64,000 bases of DNA, taken from positions 63,302,001 through 63,366,000 of the forward strand of contig OX597824.1 in assembly GCA_951406725.2 (NCBI GenBank), given 5' to 3'. Source of the stretch: Octopus vulgaris. Lineage: Eukaryota. A model generated the notes under the pieces. The model did no database searches and was not told where the DNA came from. It saw only the letters and a list, made by a program, of their open reading frames with translations. The translations under genes and the position numbers were made by a program. Of this stretch, positions 39,338 to 53,455 are shown piece after piece (positions within the stretch are counted from its first letter, which is position 1; each line of letters opens with the position of its first letter).

Positions 39338-40285
39338 TAGATAGATAAATAGATATTATTCTTGTACAAGAATGTTGTTGGTTGTGACTTCGAAGTCTCG
39401 ACCAGCTAAACCATCGTCGGGTAGTCTGACCCTTCGAAGTTATTGTCAACAACGTTGTTGTGTGGGAATAATAAATTTGTACACTACAAAAGTATAGATT
39501 TACCCATCAGTTTAATGTAAAATATATTTTATCATAGCTGAACATGAAAACGAGCATTAATATAGATATGTATATTATTGTATACTTAAAGAAGACCCAT
39601 CTAAAAGGAGAAGTATGCAAATTAAGCTGTTCATAAGTGGGGAGCTTATTCTCTCGTATATAAATATATCGGGACGGTGATTGCGTTACTTCTTCTCCGA
39701 AGTACGATCCACAAATCATGAAACTGTCTTGCAGGAGGCTCTCTTGCCGCCCACTTTTTTCTTATTTCATTGAAAACATAGAGGCTATATTCAACTCTAT
39801 TTCTTTATCATGCTTAAGGTCTTCACGATATCATAGGTAATGTGTTTATAATATTTCAATTTCATTTGATGCATCTAATTCGCACGATGCTTTGCATAAT
39901 GCACCTCTAATTAATTCCAGTTTGACAAAGCTTTGACACATCAGCAAATGTAGTATTTACTCTCCTAATATAAGAACAGCAAGCTGTTATTGGCCATAAA
40001 CAACGGCTCGTTATCCGTAACTAATGAAGCGTAACGACACGGAAGCGAATGCGTCCTACGATGACGTCATTCATTGCTCATGGTATATTTTTCTCATACA
40101 GTATCTATAAGAAGTTTCTTTCTCTCGAAACAATTGCTGCAGCTGATTATCTTACTATGGCCTAGTGTACACGATCATGCTAAACATGACTTTACACACG
40201 TACACCTTATACACACACACACGCTCAAACACACACATACAAACACACATGTATGTATGTATATATATACATCATATTTATATAG

Positions 40286-40700
40286 ATGCAGGAGTGGCTG
40301 TGTGGTAAGTAGCTTGCTTACCAGCCACATGGTTCCGGGTTCTTTCCCACTGCGTGGCACCTTGGGCAAGTGTCTTCTACTATAGCCTCGTGTCGACCAA
40401 AGTCTTGTGAATGGATTTGGTAGACGGAAACTGAAAGAAGCCCGTCGTATATATGTATATATTTTTTATATGTACGTATGTGTGTGTATATGTTTGTGTG
40501 TCTGTGTTTGCCCCCCCCCCCCATCGCTTGACAACCGATGGTGGTGTGTTTACGTACCCGTAACTTAGCGGTTCGGCAAAACAGACCGACAGAATAAGTA
40601 CTAGGCTTCCAAAGAATAAGTCGATTTGCTCGACTAAAGGCGGTGCTCCAGCATGGCCACAGTCAAATGACTGAAACAAGTAAAAGAGAAAAAATAAAAG
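40286..40700 (+). mobile_element. SINE family B, full length
   Basis: gcaggagtggctgtgtggtaagtagcttgc...tgactgaaacaagtaaaagag. Confidence 0.92.
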
Positions 40701-41139
40701 AGGAAAAATTTACATATATACATATATATACACACACCACAAGACACACAAACATATACGTATGCACGTATACATGCATGTGTGTGTATGTATATCTTTT
40801 ACTTTTTATTTTTTTAGTAAACTTTCTTTAAACGAAGACACAAAAGATTCATCATTATAGCTGTAAAGTTAGTGTTAGCCAGTCTCTTTCTGTGCTTGGA
40901 AATCTTATCTTCTCTACAATGTGGCTAAGGCATTTACTAACATAAGTGAGTGCAGCATTTGTTATTGGTAGAAGCGTGGATTTATAGTCAAGGTAGACGA
41001 GTAACAGGTTTTGGAGCAGTTGTCCACGTTTTCAGGACAACTAATCTCTGCAGCCACTACATGAGTTTTTTTTTCTACTCCAAATTATTATGTCAGTATG
41101 TGTGTATCTATATATGTATATATGAATATATATGCATGC

Positions 41140-41302
41140 GTCTATGTATGCATGTATGTATGTATGTATGTATGTATGTATGTATGTATGTATGTATTAT
41201 GTATGTATGTATGTATGTATGTATGTATGTATGCATGCATGTATGTATGTATGTATGTATGTATGTATGTATGTATGTATGTATGTATGTATATGTATAC
41301 TT

Positions 41303-41338
<36 letters not shown>

Positions 41339-41342
41339 GCAA

Positions 41343-41436
<94 letters not shown>
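41140..41436. repeat. (ATGT)n, (GACA)n, (GATA)n microsatellites
   Basis: Seen directly. Confidence 0.95.
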
Positions 41437-41437
<1 letters not shown>

Positions 41438-42824
41438 TGTGTTCCAGGGGTATTGAAATTCACTTTGCTTAAATATGAACTGAAGTCCATTAATTTCACT
41501 TTACGTTTCTAAACCTGGAAAGTCAAAAACTTAGTAACTACCAATCTAAATGTTCACTTGACTCGCTCGAAATAACAGCTCATTCCCCCTCAATCCCAGT
41601 TACCTCATATGATGCAGAAAACATTAGTGTAAATTTTGGCAACCCTTACAGCAAACTGTTCATGGTTGCAAAACGTTTCATATAAGGCTGTCTCTTCTTC
41701 CTCGGATAAAACCTGGGAGTTAAACAACAGCAGGAACAACAACATCAACAACACCCACTGTAACTTCTTATATAAGTTCTGGAGCATTACAATATTGCTG
41801 TCAGTTCTTTAGTTTCACTATACACAGACCCTTCATGCAAAAGTGTGGCCGTTTGCCAATGTAAACAGTGACAAGCAAAAAAGCTCTCAACAGCATCATT
41901 ATTTTTTATGTTCACCGTCATCATTATCATGATTGTCGTCGTTGTTGCCATCATCTTCATCGCTTTTATCATTATCATCCCTTCATCACTATCATTTTCA
42001 TCATCAGCGTAAGCGTCATATTAAGCACCATTTTCATCATCGACGTCATTGTCATCTTCGTCAGTGTTGTTATAGTCTTCGTTGGTGTCGATGTAGTCAA
42101 TAACATTATAGTTGTGTATTTCTAATTCTTTATATTTATTTGTTTATTTATTTATTTGGCTTCTTATAGTTTAGAATTATAATTACTTTCGTAGTCGCCC
42201 ATCTTCAAGACTTCTTTGAGAAGCAAGAAGGAGGAAGAAGGGAGAAAACCATCCCCATAGCTGGAAACCTGACCTAGATATTTACAATCGAGTAAAATCC
42301 ATTTGATGGTAGTTTTAAACTGGGCCCAAATTAAGTCTATCACCAATAAACAGAACGGTTCTTTTGACGAAGTTCCATACAGTTTCCGTGGACAAAATTT
42401 CATTCACATCGCTTTGGTTACTTTGAGTCAATGATAGAAGGCTCTTCTTCTTCTATTTGTGTCTCAGTGAGAGTGAAGCTCAAACTTCGTGATATTGAAG
42501 CTAACTCTTTTTATAATACAGGTGTACCTGAGAAAATACAGAGATTCTAGCAGATACCCGATACAAAAATGTCTTCTATTTTAGTATTTAGTCAGATTAT
42601 TCTACATACTGACTTCGCATTTTACTAAGCTCGACTAAGACTTTGGTTATATCAGGGTCATTAACAGGAATTCCACGGCAGTCCTGAAGTCGATCTAATC
42701 CTTTACAACAAATGTATTACTTTCTTTCTGAAAATCTCACATTATTATTATTATCGTTATTATTATTGTTGTTGTTGTTATTGTTATTATTATTATTATT
42801 GTTTATTTTTATTATTATTATTAT

Positions 42825-42874
<50 letters not shown>

Positions 42875-42990
42875 TTATCATTATTATTATTATTATTATC
42901 ATTATTACTTCTAAATGATCAAAATCATCATACCAATCCTCCTCAACATCATGACCAATGTCACTGTCATCGTTATCGTCTACGCTGTCG

Positions 42991-43025
<35 letters not shown>

Positions 43026-43069
43026 GCCATCATCATCACCACTACCACCAACCAGAACTATTGGCAGCT

Positions 43070-43532
43070 GACTTGCGAGTGGATTTGGTAGATTGAAAGA
43101 GAAAGAAGCTCGTCGCATGCGTGCGTGTGTGTATGTGTGTGTCTGTGTGTGTGTCCGTGCGTGCGCGCGTGTGTGTGTGTGTGTGTGTGTGTGTATCTAC
43201 GTGTGCGTGCGTGCTTCCATGTGTTAATGTTTGTACTCTACCACCACTTGACAAATGGTGTTCCTGTGTGTAAACGTCCTCGTAAAATAGCGGTTCGAGA
43301 AAAAGGTACCGATAGAACAAGCGCCAGGCTGGGATCGATTCGTTCGTGTAAAGAATTTCAAGGCGTTTACCCGGCATGGCTACAGTCCAATGACTGAAAC
43401 AAGTAAAATATGAATGATACATGAATAAAGTCCCACTGTGTGGTACCTTATGCAAATGTCTTCTACTAAAGCCTCGGGCCGACCAATGCCTTGTGAGTGG
43501 ATTTGGTAGACAGAAACTGAAAGAAGCCTGTC

Positions 43533-43586
<54 letters not shown>

Positions 43587-43653
43587 ATGTGTATCTGTGA
43601 GCATGTGTGTGTGTCTGTATTTCTCCTCCCACCATCGCTTGACAACCGTTGAC
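43070..43653 (+). mobile_element. Two truncated SINE B copies
   Basis: gagtggatttggtaga...gaaagaagc occurs twice (about 43077 and 43495). Confidence 0.8.
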
Positions 43654-43721
43654 AAGTGAGTAAATCTTACATTTTAATGAAACTTAATTGTCGATATAAT
43701 TTCCACGATTATCTATAACGA

Positions 43722-43985
43722 ATGTATGTATGTATGTATGTATGTATGTATGTATGTATGTATGCATGCATGCATGCATGTCTGTATGTATGTATGCATG
43801 CATGTATGTATGTATGTATGTATGTATGTATGTATGCATGCATGCATGTATGTATGTTTGTATGCATGCATGTATGTATGTATGTATGCATATATGTATG
43901 TATGCATGTATGTATGTATGTATGTACGTATGTATGTATGCATGTATGTATGTATGCATGTATGTATGTATGCATGTATGTATGC
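43722..43985. repeat. (ATGT/ATGC)n microsatellite
   Basis: Seen directly. Confidence 0.95.
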
Positions 43986-44540
43986 TTGTGTGTACAGTGA
44001 GAGATGGGGAGGAAGAGAGAGACGAAAACTTGAATAGAAAGAGCAAGAAGAGTCACGTGGGACAGAGGGTCGCTGAGATGTTCACAGTATATGTAACGTA
44101 AGAACTTTGACAAAGAAAAAATGATGAAGCTAAAGTGATCAAAATAAATAGTGTGTATGTTTAATTGGCAGAAGATGACCACTCCCAAGTATAACAATAT
44201 CTGTTTCAACACACGATTTCATATCAAAAATCTTGCAAAACGAATGCATGAAGATATTCAGACATACAAATACATATAATGTATCATTCATATCTGCAAA
44301 CGCAGTTTTCGTATGACTTAGGCAGCATTAAATAAACTTTATGATTTATTTATATTTTAGATATGTCTTCATGTGCTCGTATATACATTGATGCGTACAA
44401 ACTTATTCCCACACAATCATGAACACATTATATACATTATTCATAAGTTTATCTGTTTGTTGTTTACACACACGTCTTCGTCTTTTGTTTTTGTTTTTGT
44501 AAATTCTCACTATACATATATATATATATATATATACATT

Positions 44541-44685
44541 GGCGTAAGAGTGGATGTGTGGTAAGTAGCTTGCTTACCAACCACATGGTTCCTTGGGCGT
44601 GTGTCTTCTAGTATAGCATCGGGCCGACCAAAGCTTTGTGAATGGATTTGGTAGACGGAAACTGAAAAAGTTCGTCGTACATATG

Positions 44686-44760
<75 letters not shown>

Positions 44761-44975
44761 ATGTGTTTGTGTGTCTGTGTTTGTCCTCCCAACATCGCTT
44801 GACAACCGATACTGGTGTGTTTACGTCCCCGTAACTTAGAGGCTCGGCAGAATAGTCCGATAGAATAAGTACTAAGCTTACAAAGAATAAGTCCTGGGCT
44901 CGATTTGCTCGACTAAAGGTGGTGATCCAGCATGGCCACAGTCAAATAACTGAAACAAGTAAAAGAGTAAAAGAG

Positions 44976-44976
<1 letters not shown>
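44541..44976 (+). mobile_element. SINE family B, near full length, in (TA)n
   Basis: ggcgtaagagtggatgtgtggtaagtagc...gtaaaagagtaaaagagt. Confidence 0.92.
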
Positions 44977-45007
<31 letters not shown>

Positions 45008-46074
45008 TATACACACACACAAAAATATTAATAATCACACATTCATACATATATTCATAACACGCGTGCGCGCACACACACACACACATACACTCATGCA
45101 TATGAGTGTTAACGCACGCGCATGTGCTTGTGTGTGTGTAATTAAGGCATTTAAGGTAACGTTGGAGCATATGTCTTTTTTGCGATGAAACTCTCTCCCA
45201 CTTCGTTAAGGTATATTTCTTCTACTTTTTTCTTTCTTTCCCTCATTGATTTTCTTTGTCAGTTCCAGTCTCCTTCCTTAATGATATATCGTACATACTT
45301 CCCCCCCCCCCACACACATTTTTTAATATATATATTTACCTGAACAGAACGTCGAAAACAGAACAAATATGTTCAGCAAAAGACAAACTTGCCCTCCGAT
45401 ATTTTGTATATTTATGCATAAAACCTAATTTTGTTTGGTGGGCATCTTGGACGTTATATAGAAAAAATTTTGCTTGAGATTCTACACTAGATGCACATAG
45501 AAAATGTATGCCTATCTACGAACTGATGCTATGTAGAATATTTATTCAATTCAATTTTCTACGTCACGTGCAGAATATCTTGGTTGAATAAAATTAAAAA
45601 GAATTATATGAATATTGTCTAAACATGGACTTTTTAATATAATTACTCTGACGTGTTTCTTTTTAGTTCCTTTCATTTTCTTCCTTTTACTTTTTGGAGT
45701 TAAAAACAATATTTCTTCTGCAGAGTAATTACGATTTGCAACATCTGCTAAAAGACGAAACCAAAGGAAGACAGCGTAACATCTTAGGTGTTGCAGAAAA
45801 TAGATATAAATAAAGTTATTATGTATATTAGTGAGTTGTACATTTTATATTACTACCCCATACTAAGTAGTATTAGGTGGTGATATTTAACACGTAATTC
45901 ACTATTATATATGACTTTTGATAAAATCATTGATTAAATGTTTATTATCTCTTATTTATTTTAGATATATCATATACATCATTGTTTACTGCAAAATATC
46001 ATTAGTAGTTTTAAATTTTAAAATCTTTTGCATGAAAATCTGTTGCTAAATATAAGGAAACAAACTGCCGTTAA

Positions 46075-46760
46075 ATAGAAATGGCTATGTTATCAGAAAG
46101 GAGAGCTCAAAAAAGAAATGAAATGACTCATGGTGACTGCTCAGAGCTAGTCTTTGCGAACGAATGTGATTAAGGCAGAAATAGACAGGACCGTAGAAAG
46201 TGTCAAGTGTAGAAAGTGCAACGAGATAGATGAGTCTGTTGGCACATAGTGAGTACTTGTAGCTCTTTGTTACGGAAAGAGTATAGAAGTAGTTACGATT
46301 TTGAAGGTAAAGGGTTTTTAAAGTGGAAAATGGTAGCAATAGCAACTGGTGCGTGTGACAGAGAATGATCAGTTTAAGGCCTTATGAGGCTTTGTTGTAC
46401 AGACTGACATCGAGATTCAAACAAGACGACAAATATTATCATTCTAGACTAGGGGTCAAAAAGACTGCATTTTATCATCATTGATGTGAATTTTTCAGCT
46501 GGTATGGATGTAGCTGTAAAGAAGCAGGAAAAATATTGGGAAGTACGAAGTGTTACAAGGGAAATGTCAAGAGGGTCTCTGCAAAAGTAAACCCAGCAGA
46601 TTTAGGCGCCCTCAGTATTGGTACCAACAGACATGGTAGTTTCCATAATGAGATCGCAGTAACCACGAGAATTGCATTAATACAGAAATTTATTTTATTA
46701 GGAAGAGCAAGGATTTTTTCGAATGCTGCTCTATGTTTACGAAACACATTTGTTCTTGCA
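46075..46760 (+). pseudogene. R4/Dong-type non-LTR retrotransposon C-terminus (CCHC knuckle + restriction-like endonuclease)
   Basis: WLCYQKGELKKEMK*LMVTAQS*SLRTNVIKAEIDRTVESVKCRKCNEIDESV...VTENDQFKAL*GFVVQTDIEIQTRR...IIDV...KKQEK...VNPADLGALS...LIQKFILLGRARIF matches the RLE-clade pattern AAQ..LRT...CRxC...WDF.IQTD...RRPD...IID...KEK...GALG...LQK..LLGTARIL; followed by (AAT)n. Confidence 0.82.
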
Positions 46761-46777
46761 ATAATAATAATAATAAT

Positions 46778-46968
46778 GGTTTCAATTTTTGCCACAAGGC
46801 CAGCAACTTCGACTACAGTACTCAACTGGTACCCAACTTATTTTATCGATTACGAAAGGATGAAAGGCAAAGTCAACCCCTGCAGAATTTGAACTCAAAA
46901 TGTAAGGCCAGACGAAATACCGCTAAGCATATTCCCAGTGAGCTAACGATTCTGCCAACTCGCCGCAT
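46778..46968 (-). mobile_element. SINE family A copy (others at about 47610-47900 and 56980-57181, minus)
   Basis: ttattttatcgat...gaaaggatgaaaggcaaagtcaacc...gaatttgaactc...gattctgccaactcgccgc. Confidence 0.82.
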
Positions 46969-46977
46969 TTAAATAAA

Positions 46978-47039
<62 letters not shown>

Positions 47040-47918
47040 TCGATCTCTGAATCTCTGGCGATCATGATACGAAAGAAGCGTTAGCACTCGTTCAGATACG
47101 GCGTTCTATCAAAAAGTTAACACTGGGCAGACAGACCCCCTCTCTTAATGTCACTGTCCAAGCGAAAAACAAAGCCAAAAGAGAACAGTAAGCAGATGAC
47201 GACTACATTGAAGTACTATATGCATTCTACACTGCAAAGCTATACTCGAAACACAGGGATAATAAAAGAAACATGAAATGTGGAGAAGAATTACTGATAT
47301 AAGGAAAAATATCTCGGAATATGCTCTTGCAAATGTCCGGCGATATATCCTACGAGAGGGAAAGTGGCCAGAACTTAAACAGGCAAACTAATAGAAAAAT
47401 ACGCATTGAAAATAAAACAAAACAATAACAGGCTGCAATTAGATGTCATAACAAAACTGCCGCAATACTATGCTGGAAAGTTTTTGCACCCCCCCCCCAA
47501 AAAAAAAAAAGAATGCACAATGCTGCATACACCCCAGCATCAGAGAGGTGTAGCAGGTAATGCAGTAGAAATTTACCTGAAACTAACAAATATTGAATAA
47601 TAATAATAATAATCCTTTCTACTAATGGCACAAGGCCTGAAATTATGGGATAGGGAACTAGTCGATCACTGGTACTTAATTTGTCGACCACGAAAGGATG
47701 AAAGTTAAAGTCGATCTCGGTGGAATTTGAACGAGATGCCGTTAAGCGTTTTGCTCGGTACGGAGGCACAAGACCAGCAATTTTAGAGGGAGGATATAGT
47801 TGATTATACCGACCCCCAATAGTTTACTGGCGTTTGAATTTAATCGATACTGAAAAAAACGGAAGAAATAGCGCTAAGCGTTTTTTGTCCGACGCGCTAA
47901 CAATTAAGTCAATTCACC

Positions 47919-47976
<58 letters not shown>

Positions 47977-49567
47977 TAATAATAATAACAACAACAATAA
48001 TAATTTTAATTTATTGTTTTCTAAGTACTTTTGCCGTATCTGCTCCCAATCATTTTTCTCTTATTTTATTTTCGAAATATTTCGACTAATTTTTGAAATC
48101 CTATTTATTTTTATTTGAAATATTCATTATTCTGTCATCAATATGTATTTTTATTCTACGTACTATGTTACAGCTTAATTTGATGATTTATACGAAAAAC
48201 TATGAAACATCATTCGGTCTGGTGAAGTTAAAAATAGTCCATAAAATGCAACTCATGTTTACGACATATATCTCCGTTTAATTACATTGGTTAAACAACA
48301 TGTTTACAAGATAACGACGTATCTAAACATTCAGAGATTATATACAGTCATGGTGCAGCACTGGCTGTAATATTTTGTCACAGAGAATCTCTTCAAGATA
48401 TTTGTGGGCTAAAACAAAGCAGGACTTGCTCAGAATGTTATCGGTGGATCGCCAGACTCAGTGTTTCGTCTTAATTCGGCCGCCTTAATGACAAATACTT
48501 CTGCGTAGAGTAGGCGTTCGCTTCATGCCTGTATATTGTGGTAAACACTTCGGTATTTTAGTTTTATGCTGTTAAGTGCGTATATTAATATTTATCCAAG
48601 ATAAACATTGATGTCGTTTCTCTCAAAGAAAACAACTGAAATGTAAGGTAGGGCTTCCCCTAACCTCCACAGGTATATGCTACTTATATTATCCATTTAA
48701 TGGACGTATAATTACAATACGGCATATTGGCAGAGTCGTTTAAACTTCGGTTAGAACACCTCGTCTGATTGTATCGGCTTTCTGAGATCAAAACCTATGG
48801 AGGTCAAATTTACTTTTAACCTTTTCTGGGTCGATACAAAAAAAGTGTACACTAATCATACGGGTCAGTGGATTGAGGAACTGTTGGACTGGATTTCTGA
48901 CATAGATTGTTTTGGTATTCTGCCTTCTGAATCACATTCCAACCGATTCTCAAACAATACCGTCACCAAACCGCGCGGGTAGCGCGGAGAATAATGCAAA
49001 TCCTGGAAGCAAAGGACAAAGTCAGAGAGAACTAGACACTGGTGACATGCATATGTCCACACACACTCATATGTGTATGTGTGTGTACGCTGAACATAAT
49101 ATGTTGAGTGAATTTGTGTCTGCATGGCTGTGTGTATATTTCTGTGTGAAGAGTAATCATTTTTGATAGGAGTATATAGACTTGTATGAGAGTGTATGTG
49201 TGTATATTTTTGTGTGAAGTGAAATCTGTTGACTTTCCACAGTCATTTTCTTTTACTTTCCCTGTTTCTCATCGGTTCTACTTACCACTTTCTTACGATG
49301 TCACGCGTGCGCACTAACAGACAGACACACAATACAAACACACATACCCGCGTTCTCTTTGCTTCGTTATCACTCTTATTTTTCTTTATCTCCGCTTCTT
49401 CTTCCTCCTTCCATACATTTAAAGTTGGGTATCGTTGGTCTATTCCATTCGTTTTCAGAATATACTCAGAAAGAGACCCCAAATTTATACACCTATACAT
49501 ACACGTATACATGAATACATGAATTCATACGCTTATACACACATAATACTTAATACACATGCACAAT

Positions 49568-49623
<56 letters not shown>

Positions 49624-49628
49624 GTATA

Positions 49629-49701
<73 letters not shown>

Positions 49702-50635
49702 ATATATATATATGACTGGTAGAATGAAACCGACCGTCTGACACTATATATATATATATATATATATAGATATAGATATATATATATATATATACAACAT
49801 ACACACCCACGCGCGCCCACACAGACACACACGAAACACTCATCCCCACACAAACACGTACACACACGCCTCCGACACACACAAACGTATAGCATATGTG
49901 AGTGTACATGTGTACTATTTCCTGTCATTCGCGTGACATTTCAGCTTCTACACCTACTGTTTAGTGAAATAGCTTTAATCTTTAAAAACAAAATATTTCC
50001 GCGTTACAAGTAATTATTTATCGTTTAAAGTAAGACAGAGGGCAAAAGTTCTACTCTGGTTAAAGCGGAGTTCTTTTCTTTATACTCACCTTTTACTTTC
50101 GCCATCTTTAGAAGTACGTCTTTATATCGCGTTAAGATATCTCATGAATCATTTTTAATTTTAAGTCAAATTAAATATTTTCTAAAATACTTAAATCAAC
50201 TTGAAACCACTAATTGTACATGGGCTGTAGATGTGAATGTATTGAAATGTATATCCATCGATTTTCCGGGTGGCAGGAAGAGAATAGAATAGGATGACCA
50301 ACTTAAATTAGATTTGAACGCTTCCACCAAGCCTTACAAAATTTTCTTTTTGTATTTTGCTTTTTTTTTTTAGTACTACTCGTTTACGTCTTTGGATTGC
50401 GGCTGTTTTCTGGAATCGCCTTCAATGCTTTTCGATAGAGTCAACTTCAGAATTTATGTTATGTCAGATAATTTTTATATCGATCATTTGTTGTACGGCT
50501 ACGTTATAGGAACGCGACTACGGGTGTCAAGGCACCTACATTGCTAGAAATAAGAGCTAAACTGCTCTTAATGGTGTTGGAAAAGCATATAAATGTATAT
50601 ATATATAAGATCACAGAGGCTGCAATCGGCAAAAA

Positions 50636-50718
50636 TGCTGAGTCGGGAATTCCTTAGACTGAAAGTCCAGTATCGGCTATTTTCGTAACCTTCATCAGTA
50701 AGGACCGCTCGTTTAGCA
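50636..50718 (-). ncRNA. Extended type I hammerhead ribozyme motif (GAAA mutated to GAUA)
   Basis: Minus strand: tgct-aaac-gag-cgg-tcctta-CTGATGA-a-ggtta-cgaaaa-tagcc-GATA-ctgg-actt-tcag-TC-taagga-attc-ccg-a-ctc-agca. All three stems pair; GUC cleavage site. Confidence 0.72.
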
Positions 50719-50913
50719 GATTCCGGGCCAATCCTCATGTCAGCATATATGTATTCACCATAAATGTATTCATTTATGTACTTTTCTCATCATTAGCGGC
50801 ATTTTAGCTTCTATTTCTAGTTATGTAGTTTTCTTGACACCCATATATTAGCGTTTAGTGACGATTATATTTTTCCTGTATGGCATCACATTGCGTATAA
50901 CTGTATACATACA

Positions 50914-50949
<36 letters not shown>

Positions 50950-51494
50950 TGGAGAGATTTTTTTCTCAAAGAGTTAAAATTGAGCTTCCTCGTAGTTTCC
51001 GCCCACCATATTCATTATACATTCATAAGGCATTACTCATGCTGCAAGGCAGTGGTACTGAGACGCCGAAACTTCATGCTTCTAAAGTCAACTATTTAAC
51101 CGTACAACTATGCCTGAAGATAGTTAGAGATGCTGGAAGAAACCGTCATTCTTCGTATATGGAATAATGTATGGAATACAGAAAACAAAGCTATACTTGA
51201 ATTGGATGTAACTACGCTTTATAATAAAGAATTGGAGGGTATTTCTACACCCAAAAGAACGGGAACAGTTAAATTCCTAAGATAGAACAATTAAATGAAT
51301 AAATAAAGGGAGGAGAAATGTCATGCGCTTGATAGTTTACATTCTGAATTAGATAATCAGATATTCAAATTAGGAAGAGACTCGTCCTCACTTCTAAATA
51401 TATATATATGAATTAATATGTTTGCATATACATACACACATACACATGTATATATACTCATAGAGATATAAATATGTATGTCTATATTTATATG

Positions 51495-51527
<33 letters not shown>

Positions 51528-51662
51528 TTGTGCGTTTGTTAGTGGACGTACATATATTCTGTAACATTGGTTGGTCGACATATACAAATCGATGTAATAA
51601 ATACGCAATTGGAAAATAAGTATTGGATCCATATGGTTGACTAAATTGTATAATAAGAGAAT

Positions 51663-51694
<32 letters not shown>

Positions 51695-51952
51695 GTCTAT
51701 GTATACATATGTATACGCATACGTTTATACCTGTGTATCTTACGCCAACGCATGCGTAGTGTCACGCGCCATCTTACAAAGGAACATGTTGCAATTTGCA
51801 ACGTTAAACATATGGTGCATAATATGGTTGTCTATGAATGCGTTAACGTGTCTATGGGTGAGTGTGTGTGCATGTGTGAGTGTTTATACGCCTGTGTACG
51901 TATATTTACGTGTATATATATGTATATAGATAAATAGAGAGATAGATAAATG

Positions 51953-51985
<33 letters not shown>

Positions 51986-52031
51986 GTGAAAACACATGCA
52001 GTAAACGTAATAGACTCATTCTTATTCTATC

Positions 52032-52082
<51 letters not shown>

Positions 52083-52111
52083 TGTATGTATTAACAATAT
52101 ATATGTATATA

Positions 52112-52144
<33 letters not shown>

Positions 52145-52175
52145 ATATGTATGTATGTATAAATATATATATATG

Positions 52176-52266
<91 letters not shown>

Positions 52267-52609
52267 TAAGCATTGGGTATGTATATAGTAGTTAGCCGGT
52301 GAAGCACGATCACTGCCTGTGGCTACATGACGTCATCCGCGGTATTTACACAATTGTCGCTGGATCCACCCCAGGAACTCCTCAGTGTTTGTCCAGTACA
52401 TAACAAATAATAGAGACGGATTCCAGATTGTACTTGGCATCACAGCGGGAGACGAGACTGGCTGGATGTTTATCATTAAATTTAATGACAATGACACCTA
52501 CTTAACTGCGTATGTGTGTGTGTTCACAGGATCACAAATGTAGGTATGGAAATATTTATGTGTACTTATGCATATATTTTACTTTATTGTATGTATTGTT
52601 TTTTTACTC

Positions 52610-52790
52610 CCTCTCATTGATGTACTATTTTTACGTTGCTCCAGTCCACTCAGCTGGCAAAAATGAGTAGTTCCTTCAATTGAAAGGTGCCAGTGTTGTC
52701 ACATTTTGTTCCACGCTGAATCACCCTGAGAAGTCCGTCTGTGCAGTTAATTTCACAGTTAGTGTTCCAGTTCATCTGATCAAGGGAATA
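52610..52790 (+). mobile_element. SINE family C fragment followed by a degenerate SINE B (about 52800-53165)
   Basis: ttacgttgctccagtccactcagctggcaaaaatgagt...cacgctgaatcaccctgagaa; homologous to 15860-16140. Confidence 0.65.
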
Positions 52791-53381
52791 GTTTCCACAC
52801 TCCTATGTTTTGTGAGTGAATTTCCGGACATTGTGTAGCGGCTTGTCCTATTAACAGATATGTGTTTGCATAATTGTTGCAATCGACAGATTGCCAGTGT
52901 GTTTGTACGGGTTTTTGTAGGTGTGTAGGTGTGTAGGTGTGTAGGTGTGTGAGTTTTTATGTATATCTTTGTGTTTCTCTCTCACCAATTGACAAACTGT
53001 GTTGATTTCTCTATGTCCCTTTGGCGAAATGGTTCGGCAAAAAGGACAAAGACATATTCAGCAGACTGAAAATAAATTCCCCGGTCAATTTTACAGGCAT
53101 AAACCATCAAGGTATTGCCCCTGCATGGCCACAGTTTAGTGAGTGGAACACGTAAACGAATAAATAATAAATTGCGTTACTCAATAAATGAAGAATTATT
53201 TGCAAGGTCTTCTATTTCAACACACGTTGTAATTTTGACGCTACGCTTATCCAAATAAATTATGTAGTTCACCAATGTGTGGTGAGCAGAGTTAAGGAAG
53301 TAGTACGCTAATCAGAGGGAAATTTGCCTACTATTTCATTCGTGTGGTGCGACCACAGCAAGTTGCTCCGGTGTGTACGTC

Positions 53382-53452
<71 letters not shown>

Positions 53453-53455
<3 letters not shown>

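Noticed and set aside
48960-49005. Octamer ATGCAAAT beside a GC hairpin as an snRNA-type promoter
   Set aside because: No snRNA-like sequence downstream; a single 8-mer is expected by chance in 64 kb of AT-rich DNA.
49280-49290. Minus-strand splice donor GTG|GTAAGT
   Set aside because: Isolated motif with no supporting ORF or acceptor; the same gtggtaagtag string occurs in SINE B heads.
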